Assembly: GCA_030704615.1 (NCBI GenBank)
Contig: CM060734.1
Coordinates: 52,576,001 to 52,640,000, forward strand
Length of the DNA stretch: 64,000 bases
From: Takakia lepidozioides
Taxonomy: Eukaryota > Plantae > Bryophyta
Reading direction: 5' to 3'
Each line of letters opens with the position of its first letter. Position 1 is the first letter of the stretch. Of the stretch, positions 11,690 to 22,000 are shown piece by piece. Both the position numbers and the translations under genes were made by a program. A model generated the notes under the pieces. The model was not told the DNA's origin and searched no databases. It saw only the letters and a program-made list of their open reading frames with translations.

Positions 11690-12049
11690 TATGTTCCACT
11701 TCAGTTAAACCACTTTACTACACGTCATGCATCCACGTCACTCTGCCCTTAAGCCACTCACTACACGTCATGCATCCACCTTATAATTCAGTTAAACCAC
11801 TTTACTACACGTCATAGCCACGTCATAGCCACGTCGCATCCACGTCATATTGTGCTGCCTACACGTCACCCCCTAAGTTTTACTGTCACATTTCATTGTC
11901 AGAACCTGACATCTGGATTCGACTGCTTGACTGAAACGACTTGACCTTTGTCACGCATGTTCGATTATGGAGGCTGGGAGTAAAAATGTCACAAATGACT
12001 AAAACATGAGTCAAATACAGAGTCGAAAAGCCCAACTTGTATTGTAGTG
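11690..12049. mobile_element. Probable right terminus of a second CACTA element
   Basis: Ends ...cccaacttgtattgTAGTG (reverse complement CACTACAATACAAGTTGGG) exactly where LINE homology begins. Repeated cacgtca and gact/agtc subterminal motifs. No partner TIR inside the window. Confidence 0.55.
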
Positions 12050-15000
12050 TCGGCTACCTTGCGAGAGGAACAACAACGGGCTTTCAAAGCCTTTAACATC
12101 AGGGTCACTGGAAAGCTAGGGAGCCTTGCTGAGGGGGACCCTCTTCACGCTGCCACCAGACTTATTCAGCAAAACCTTGCTCTACCACGGGGAACGAGTG
12201 ACATTGAAAGGGCTTGGCGTGCAGGATCTTCAGAGCACAAAGTCCTCTTCATTAGATTCAAGGAGATGGGAGGGTAATTGTCCGGGAGCACGAGCGTCGC
12301 CCCTCTAGCTCTAAATAGGGGTTGGGGCACCATGAGACCAACGCACGCTCACATCTACACATTGGCTCATGGAACTGTAATGGCTCCTTGTGGAGCCACC
12401 CCTTTTATTCTCGGTTAGAGCATTAGTCAGTGACTCACGAGTCCACGTACAGGTCTCAAAGGATCTGGAGGTGTGGCTTGTTACTTTGCCGACTGGCTTC
12501 TCCCATTTATCTCATTCCCATACAACGACCCACTAGCAAGGTACATTTGGTGTCACATAAAAAGCTACAATATCCTGCTGGCGGGATGTTATTTTGCTCT
12601 GGCTGCATCTCCGCATAGTGGCCTACATATTCGAACAGATTCACCATATATCCCATTGGAAGACGATATGGCCCGTCTTTGTACCCCACACACGGACATT
12701 TTCTTGGTTGGAGATTTCAACGCCCGTATAGGATCACTACAGGCCCCCACCTTCGACCATACGGATCCTCTACACATCCAACGCTCGCATACGGAATTGG
12801 AGAGGCAATGTGCAGATTCCTTTTGCAAAATCACAAGCTACGGTCACCATCTACTCAAGTTTTGTGAAACTCAGGGGCTTACCATTTACAATGGAACAAC
12901 CAATTTCAAATCCTCCAGCCAGTTCACTTGCCACACATACAAGAGCCAGAGCGTGGTTGACTATCTCTTGGGGAGCCCCAACAAGTCTGATAGAATAAGC
13001 TCATTTTACATCACGATGTACCCGAATTCTGATCACTCTTGCCTTTCCTTTGCATTTCCTTCTATCTCCCTCCCCGTGAAGGTCCCCTCTGCTTCTCTTC
13101 CCCCACGTATCCACTTTAATACCCATTTCTCTCACTTACACGACGCCAAGTATGAAACATACCTAGCGTCAACCCTCCCCTCCATTCTACATCTACCATC
13201 TCCTAACGACAAGGCTACATATCTTACTCAAGCCCTTTGGGACTCAGCCCTGCGATCCTTTCCCGTCACCCTTCCATCTATCTCCTCACCCTTCTCCACT
13301 CGTCGTTATGCACCATTTTATGATGATGAATGCAAGATTGCTAGACGTCACATCAAATCTTTACTACTTGATACCAATTCTTCTCCAAAAGTCCATTAAT
13401 CTTGATCTTAAGCACTATAAGTCCCTCATTAGATCCAAAAAGAGAGCCTACACTATCAAGTTGCAATCTTCTTTCCTTGCTAAAATCAGATTTTCTCCTC
13501 GTTTTTTTTTGTCTCTTAAACCTCATAGAGACCCTCCCCAATCACTGACATTCACGTCTGGCATGAGCAACCTCGCCAATGCATCTGACAAAGTCCAAGA
13601 GTTTCATCAACGATATCCAGCTAAGCCCTGAGCTACACGTGCACTCAGCAAAGGCAATCAAGAAGCTGCAAAATGACAAGGTAGTGGACATTTCAGGACT
13701 TCAGAGTGAATTTGATATCAAGCATGTTGCACCTACTTTAGCCCCTTTTATAGCTAACCTCTTCAATGAGGTAGTGCAACGGGGATTTCCAACAGAGTGG
13801 ACAAAGAGCATCATCCACCCACTCTTCAAGAGCGGTGACAGGCTCGCACCGACCAACTATCATACTATCATGGGTCCTCGTTACTTGCTAAACTGTTTGG
13901 GGGCAGTAGTGGCCATGGAACTGGATGATTGGGCTGAGTCCTCTCGCATTCGTGCTGAGGGACAGACTGGTTTCCGTCGCAACAAATCCACTATTGACCA
14001 CATCTTCACTCTTCAGGTTATGGTGGAAAGTGCACGCTATGACAAAAGAATGGTCTACGTTTGCTTCGTGGACTTTCACAAAGCTTTTGATTCAGTTCCT
14101 CGCGACCTTCTCTTCCAACGGCTCCATAGAGTGGAAGTCCCTCCAGACAACCTTTGTGCCATCTCTTCTATGTATGAGATTATCACTAGCATGGTCAACG
14201 TCGCTGGTGAATTCTCAGCCGAGGTCCACAGCAACATTGGAGTCAAACATGGCTTCCCCCTTTCACCTACCTGTTCGGGATCTACATTGACGTCTTAGAG
14301 AATTACATATAAAAAAACCATGGGGTTGGGGTACCATTGGATGGGGGACCAACACAATTAGATCTCCTCTACGTTGATGATGTTGCCCTTTTGGCACAAT
14401 CCCCGGTCTTCTTGCAACGCCATCTCAAAATTTTGGAACAGTTATGCAAAGACTATAGGATGCCAGTCAATCTTAGCAAGACCAAGATCATGGTCTTCAA
14501 TGGCCAAGCTGATCGTAGATTCATCTTCAACCAGCAGGAAATAGAGATTGTGAAATCATACCGGTACCTGGGTCTGGTTATCCACTCCCCCAAGTTTCAC
14601 TTTGCAACCACTGCCATGGACAGATTGACTAAAGGTTAGGCGGCCTCTGTCCGTCTTCAGGCCAAATGCAAGCAAATACATCTGCGTCATCCCCCAACCA
14701 AAAAGTGGTTGTTTGACACCGTCGTCAGCCCTGCTACCATGATCTATGGTTGTGAGTTCTGGGCACCTGGTGTCCCTGTCTCCTGGTGGAACCATTACAG
14801 TCATCTTTTCTCCAAGCAATGCTTGGCGCCAGGAGCACAACTCCATCTCAGATCCTAGGTGCAGAGTTCGCATCTGTACCATTGCAATCCGAGGCCCTCT
14901 TCCGGCTTACAATCTTTCTCCATAGATTATAGGCCCTTCCACCCAAGGGGCTCGTGGCAAGGGCCCTCACAACATCTATGAGGCTCAAAGCTGCAGGTTT

Positions 15001-15689
15001 CAGGAACTCCTGGTATGCTCGAGTAGACAGTTTATTTCAACGTAACGGACTTTCTACTGCTTTCCTATTACCAATGAATCCAGATGAGGTGGACATCACA
15101 TCTAGACATGACCGCAACAGACTCATTAGGAGAGAGCTTATGGAATTACATATCAAGAGAACTTGGAAGCTACCCAATCTCACGACAAAGCTCCACTTCT
15201 ATCGAGAGACATTCTTGGTGTTCCGCGATGATAGAATCTTGAGACCAAATTACCTTTCAGCATCCTTATCTCCTTCCCTCCGTAGGGCATTGAGGTGGTT
15301 CAGGGTGGGTTTCCACAACCTACGGATAGAGACTGACAGATGGGAAAACTTGCAATATGAGGACCGCCTATGTCCAGCTTGCATAGGACGCAACAAGGAA
15401 ATTGAAACTGAAGAACACTTCTTCTTTTACTGCCCTCTATACTACGAGATGTGCGTGAGATTCCACTGTTTATTCAGTGGAACCCAAACTCTCACTGATG
15501 TCTTCCACTATGAGGATAAAAAATGCTTGGCAGCCTACCTGCACGAGGCCTTCACCCCTAGACAATCGCTAGAACATTAATTGTGGTTTCTGGATTTGTT
15601 CCTCTCTCATGTTTTCTTCCATTCTGTCCCATAAGCTCTATGAGCTTTCCGCGGACGTTATAAAGCACCATTTCATTTCATTTCATTTC
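12050..15689 (+). mobile_element. Degenerate LINE (ORF1 fragment, APE endonuclease, RT, C-terminal Cys/His motif) with (CATTT)n tail
   Basis: ORF1-like FNIRVTG..IERAWRAG..VLFIRF. APE motifs LVGDFNARIG, VVDYLL, SDH. RT motifs QTGFRRNKSTIDHIF, FVDFHKAFDSVPR, GVKHGFPLSP, LLYVDD, YRYLG. C-terminal RLCPAC..ETEEHFFFYCPLY. Tail catttcatttcatttcatttc. Frameshifted. Confidence 0.92.
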
Positions 15690-15929
15690 CCTTCTGTGAA
15701 CAGCAAACAAAGCAGAGAGTGTGGGCAGATTTTGAAAAAGAATAATTATGCATACCATTGGATATTGAAGTTCAGATTATTTCAACATGCAGATCATCCA
15801 CCGGATCATATATCCTTCTCTAATTTGTCAAGTATCCGGACCCGACGGATATTAGAAAAAGCTAAGAACCGCCCAATCCTAGCACAAACCCCTACCTCGT
15901 CTAGTGTTTTCATTTTATTTTTCAAAAAG

Positions 15930-16080
15930 AAAAAAAAACTACGAGGCCTCCCAAGGGAAGCGTAAATTATGGTCTTCTTTGATCTGGAAGGGCTACCACC
16001 TTCACCTTTGTGACACAATAGGTGGATTGAACCCACAATCACTTCCCAAGTGGAGTATGCCCATTACCACTGGGCTACAA
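15930..16080 (-). mobile_element. tRNA-derived SINE-like repeat
   Basis: Minus strand has an A-box TAGCCCAGTGG and a B-box GGTTCAATCC at tRNA spacing, followed by a body shared with 30525-30556. A second copy lies at 30525-30625. Confidence 0.55.
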
Positions 16081-16487
16081 CTTCTACAACTTCTTCAAGG
16101 TAGGTGGCAAGGCGGCAGCGGCTTCCCCCAAGCAACGACCTTCATTCGAGATAATTAGGTCAAATGGTTTCCATGCCAGAGACGACATTATCAGTTCTGG
16201 CACATAATACGAACTGTTTCCATGATATGATTTGCGAGAACTTATCGACACCTAATTATATATTGGGTAACGGTCGCAAGTCGTCGGGCGCATCTCCAGA
16301 ATCGTTCGAGAATCGCTCACAGATATTCTCGGTGGCGGCCGTTACCAAATTCGTGAAGGAACAAGCCGAGTGTCTCGCGCGGAGTCTGCTCGCACTGATC
16401 TGCAGAGCAAGTTCTATACTTAGGCTCAAAGTATCAGAGTGCACGATTCCTCGGGGGCGGAGACGGCAGCAGTGCGGGCGTGGGTAG

Positions 16488-16495
16488 TATATAAA
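16488..16495 (+). promoter_or_regulatory. TATA box of SPH gene 1
   Basis: TATATAAA about 145 bp upstream of the ATG, in a block conserved with the paralog at 62650-62657. Confidence 0.65.
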
Positions 16496-16638
16496 CCGCG
16501 CTGTGCTTCTTGTTCCTCTTCATTGGGAGGTCTCTTTCGCTGCCTGCACAGCGACTGGTTTCATTCCGAGATTCTTCCGTGGGGTCTTTTCTGGTGCTTA
16601 TTTGTTGCAGGTCAAGTACAAAGGCTACAGTGACAGCC

Positions 16639-17106
16639 ATGGCTTCCTGGAAACTGAAGCTCGGGGTGGGCCACATGGTGTGTGCTATCGTGGTGATAAT
16701 GCAGCTAGTAGGGAAGCAGGTACACTGTGAGGACACCGAGGTGGCTCTGCAGGGGTCCTCTTCTGATCTCATATCTCTCAGTCCGGAGTGCACTGTACAC
16801 ATCTACAACAGCCTGAATGAGAACATTCAAGTCCGCTGCGCCTCTGCAGACGATAGCCTTGGCTGGGTTACAATTGTTCCGGGCCAGCTGTGGGGTTTTG
16901 GGTTCCATCAGAATTTTTTTGGAAGAACCTTATTTGCATGTGATTTTGAGGCTCTTGGCTATCCAGATTCTCATTTTCCTGTTTGGGCAGGCCGGCCGTA
17001 CGTTGAGGTCTTTCCTTACTGCAGTAAGTGCACTTGGGTAGTTATGACCGATGGCATCTACTTCAAAGGCTCTAGCGTTCACTACGATTGGGGTGATCAT
17101 TACTAA
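16639..17106 (+). CDS. Secreted S-protein homolog (SPH / self-incompatibility S1 family), 155 aa
   Basis: ATG in gccATGg context, at the same position as the paralog's start. Hydrophobic signal ending VHC. SPH signature V.I.N.L....V.C.S.DD.LG...G..W.F.F..NFFG.TLF.C.F..C..C.W....GIY...W. Confidence 0.88.
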   Translation: MASWKLKLGVGHMVCAIVVIMQLVGKQVHCEDTEVALQGSSSDLISLSPECTVHIYNSLNENIQVRCASADDSLGWVTIVPGQLWGFGFHQNFFGRTLFACDFEALGYPDSHFPVWAGRPYVEVFPYCSKCTWVVMTDGIYFKGSSVHYDWGDHY

Positions 17107-19064
17107 GGTTTGTCGTGGCCACATCCATGACAATGCAAAAGAGTGCTGTAGATGACCGTGCCATCGCGACATGCCAATCTACACAATGTTCATGAACTTG
17201 ATCAGCTCTGATGTGACAATCTGCTCTATGGATTGACTTAGACATTGCCTTATATGGCTAGTTTGAAACTAGATTGTGAATAGAATAAAACTGAGAGCTA
17301 TGAGGCCGAACTTTGCAATCTCTTTGCAATATTGTCACGCTAAATAAAGAATAATCAAGTAAACGGTTGAAGCCACAGTTGTATGTTAATTTCATTTCTT
17401 CGATTATTAGGATGCAAGGATTTGGCAAGAGAAGAATGTGAACATAGAATACTCAGATGGCTTAGACTACATTGTGTGGATGAGATATGAAGATCCTACT
17501 CTTTAGACATGTAAAGGAGATGTTGTAGATGAAGGTTAGTCAGGAGGTGGCTACTGCAGCTGGATTACGTGCCAGAGCCATACCTCGACGTGGACTCAGA
17601 GGGGGGCTGCACAGGAGATGGACTCTCTCTCGATTTTCTAGGCTAGTCTCACTGATCGACGTGGAAGAGGGAGGCTGCATAGGAGATGGATGTGTGCTAA
17701 GAATTTCTCCTCTCTATCATGGGCAGCCGACATTTTCGAGGCTAGTTTCGCAGATCAGTGCAGACCCTCCTGTATTGAGGGACAATCATGACATATGACA
17801 GAGATTATGAAGATGATGCATGGTGATGAGGTTGGGCGGACCCGATGGGGCATTCTAGTGTTGTGCATAGTGTAGTTGGTAGTGATCTGTGTGTTGCGGA
17901 AAGAAAATGGATGGAATAGGATAGCCCCTAAGTACTTGTAAAGTGAAGTCGACTACAATTGCAATTTCAGGTCGCAGATCTTCTAGCTGAAAATGTTTCC
18001 TTGCTTAGAGCCCACTGATTTCCCCCTTCATCACGAAGATTCCGCTTGAGCCTTACCTGCATACTGTTCTTTCTGCGGAGCTGCTTCCCTATTTCCCACA
18101 TTCATGCATCTACTCTAACGGCAGGTTAATGTTAGATCAACTCAGCCTCATCGTTCATTTTCCAGCTCTACAAAAACAGCAAACGACGTCACCACATTCA
18201 CTCAGCTGATCACTTCCTCTTTGGAGTAACTGGTCATGAAACTTCATCACTTCCATCTATCAAAATCGTGTTCTTGTTAAACTCTTCAACTCCCATACTG
18301 CTCTCAATTACTCTCTCGACTCTGCCTCTACTCCATGATTCTGCCTACAACTATTCCAGCACCCGCCGGGCTGAAAGATATGTCCTTACCTCCACTATAC
18401 ACTGCCATTTTCCAAGTCAAAACTCCAAAATGCACCCTGCGCAAGTACTGCTCAAGGGATTGCCTTAAGGGTCAAAGCTTCGTGCAGATAAGCTGCCAAG
18501 CATTTTTTATCCTCATAATGGAAGACGTAGGTGAGGGATTGGGTTTACCGGTTTTCAAGTCCTTGAAATGGCGGGCCAGAAACAGATAACATCGTAACTA
18601 CCGGAAGAAGGTTGACAAGGAGGGATGCGAGTTTGAGCCAGCACTGTAGAAGCTTGAGATTGAGAGGGCATCGACGAGACGCGAGCAGCTTCAGCGGCTC
18701 GACCTGAACAACCACCTGAGGAAGCTTGAGAGGGAGAGATGCCACATGGGCACAGAATGGTTGCTGCAGCCCGATCACTCGCAGGCCGTCACTATGGACG
18801 GTGACGGGCCGCAGCATTCGTCGCTCGTGGCAACGGCTCTCACGTTAGCGCGGAAACGATGACAAAAACATCCAAAACTGGGCAGCCACAAGTAGAGTAG
18901 CTTCGGATTCATTTGAAATATCAGTTGCCTAGTTTTTAGAATGTTTATATACATCGCGGAACTCTTAAATGAATCTATCTTTCAATCACAAGCTTACAAC
19001 TCACTTTTAACGCACTCACTTTACGATGACCTCTCCTCATCTTCACCTCAAATGAGAGTACATG

Positions 19065-22000
19065 TGTTGTAGAAATATACCTATAGCGCATATAAGGTAT
19101 GAGGTTGGCGTACCGACCTGTAGTTGGGTAGCTTCATGGCATAGCAAAGATAACAATGAGCTTAGTTGAGCTCATGCAGAGAGTTCTGATTACTGTGCTT
19201 AGGTGGTGCAGCGGGTGTGAGAGAAAGTGAGCGATAGCATTGTACACTTGGATTGTGAAGCTATGTGTATATTTTCACAATCAGTGTTAATACAATCTCT
19301 TTGCTATATCGTTGTGCATAATTCTTGGAGTCAATTCACTCCACTACTTCAACAGGTTATGGGCCCACGAATCTCTTCACTCCACTACTTCAACAGGTTA
19401 TGGGCCCACGAATCTCTTCTGGGATAAGTGCGCTGGTCTAAAAGCGGTATTGCATTGTTTTAGTTTCTCTCTCGTTTATGTTACGTTAGATATTGTGTCT
19501 ATAGTATCTGTGTCAATCAAGCCGTTGAGCTTAAATACAGTGAAGTCATGTCGTCGCACTTGCAATACAGTACAGGACAGGGTTTCTTGTCCCCAGTATA
19601 AAGCTCTTGTGAGTAACTTTGCAACAGTGGTAGCACTTGGGTTATGTCTTTTGGGTTTAAAGTTCAAAGTGTACGTTGTCAGTTGTTCATTTTCTTTGCT
19701 TCACCTGTCGTCAAACGTAGCAAGCATGGCCGATCTTCGAGATCTGGGCAATATTAGGAGGTTCTTAGGACAAAATTTCCATATGTGGCAGTTTCAGATG
19801 AGAGCTCTCTTTCTTGGAAAGGAGCTAATGGACGTAGTTGATGGCACCACAACGAGACGTTCCAATGATGCCGAGGGTTTAGCTGCATGGATCAAGAAAG
19901 ATAATCAGGCAGGTTTTCTTTTGTGCCAAGCCGTGGAGGAGAAGGTATCCAAATATATCATCGGATGCAAGATCTCCAAGGCGATCTGGGATAAATTGAG
20001 GGAGGTACACGATCAGCATTCGCATGAAAGCATTCACCATGTTCAACAGCGTTTCTTTGATATTACCATGGATGAAGGTGATAGTATTGCAGATTTCTTG
20101 GGTAAGATTGAGGAGGCGCAATGTGAGCTCACAAATCTTGGAGATAATACATTCACTGACAACACGGTCATGGCCAAAATTTTAAGTCAGCTGCCAACAG
20201 CATATGGATCGTTTCAATCATCATGGGAAAACGTCCCTATAGTTAAGCGAACGATAAGTATCATGACTGGGAGGCTGATCAGAGAAGAATCAAGAATGCG
20301 GGACCAAGAAAGCAGAGCCAATGGCAAAAGTGCAAGTGTAACCACATATGCAGCATCGTTCAAAGGAAAAGGTGGCTCACAATCAAGAAAACCACCGCTC
20401 ACGCTTGAGCAACATGAACAACGCAGGAAAGAAATTGCAGAGTGAAAGAAAACAACAGAATGCTGGAACTGTGGAGCCACTGGATATTGAGGCAGGGAAT
20501 TGTTGAATTTCATTGTGTATACAATGAATGATTCGCTGGACACATAGATGAATTAGTATGCTAGATCATAGGATTCAAACTGTTTCCCGCCTAAGTGTGT
20601 TCCTACCTAACTGGCTATGGCATCTCTCTGATCTGGTGTAGTTAGATATATGCTCGTGTGTACTCTCTATCTGGTAACCTTGTATGAGCATCTTTTGAGC
20701 ATGTCGTTGCTCCGTTTCTTACAACTGGTCTACTGTTCTTCCTTTCTATTCTAGTGAGTATTCATTTACGTTCAACAGGTTATGGGCCCACACACGGTAC
20801 TTTGACAAGTGATCCGTTGAAATGAACGTAGATTTCTACAAACAATCTGAAATGATAGTAGTTTATTTTTGAGGAATAAACTGAGCAGGCGCTGAGGCTG
20901 GTCGTGCGACTGAGCTACAGATTTAGTGTTGAGTTTTCGTTTTACTGAGCATAGTAAGAGTCTCAACAGTGATGTAGATTTTTTTTTATTTCTCGTACTT
21001 TCTTGGTTTTCAAAGGAATATTGATTGAGGTTGTTTCAGATTCTTGCAACACCGTGTAGACATCTTAAAGTTATAGATGTTGTAGAACTAGACAACTCAA
21101 CATGAATAACAAGGAAGAGGTGAAGGAAATCGCCGTTGTGGAGAAATTCAATGGAGAAAATTATCATCTGTGGAAATTCCACATGCAGTTCATCTTCCAG
21201 GCCAGAGAGCTATGGTCAATCGTGGAAGGGACAGAAACGTTGAATGCAGCAACCAACAAAGCTCCATGGCAAAAGCGTGATAAGGTGGATGCGGTAAGCA
21301 TCCTGCAGTCCATCGACAGAGTTCATATGGAGCAGCTTATTAATTGTACTACAGCTGCTGATATGTGGGGAACTCTAAGCATGATACACAACCAGACGGC
21401 AGAAGAGAACATTACACACTTGCAAGAGCAATTTTACAAGTGCCATATGCAAGAGCATGATGGCATTGCTTCGTACACTAGTACCATCTCCGCTCTAAGA
21501 ATAAAGTTAAACGACCTAGGAGAGAGCATTAGTGAGAGACAATTTGCTTAATAAGATTAAGGTCGGATTACCACCCAGTTATGATCCATTGTTGCTAGCC
21601 TGGGACAGTGTACCAGCTGCAGAGCAAACACTGAAATCATTTCTTGCTAGACTTCTAAAAAGAGAGACAGCAATCAAGAGCAGAGCAGATGATCAGTCAT
21701 TCTTTGACCAGGAAAGAGACAAGGCATTCTTTGTTGGGAAATATGGTGGTAGTGGAAAACAGAACCAGAAGAAAAACCTCACACCAGAGCAATGCAAGGA
21801 GAGAGCACAAAGAATCACTGAGCTGAAGAAGAAAATAACCTGTCATGGTTGTGGTGAGGAAGGACATTGGTACAAAGAATGTCCACATTCTAAGAAGAAT
21901 GAGAGAGGTCAGAGTAGCAGAAGTCATGCTAATTGTGTGACAGAAGCAGATGCATTCATGGTTGTTGATCATGAAGTTCCTGAGCAAAAGAAAGAGCTTG

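Noticed and set aside
16021-16078. Functional tRNA gene
   Set aside because: The stems are imperfect, the anticodon differs between the two copies, and a shared non-tRNA body follows. Treated as SINE-like.
16510-16638. Longer 198-aa version of SPH1 from the ORF track
   Set aside because: It uses a non-ATG start just after the TATA box. The paralog supports the ATG at 16639.
18545-18860. GC-rich, coiled-coil-like coding fragment
   Set aside because: No recognisable family, start codon or splice structure.
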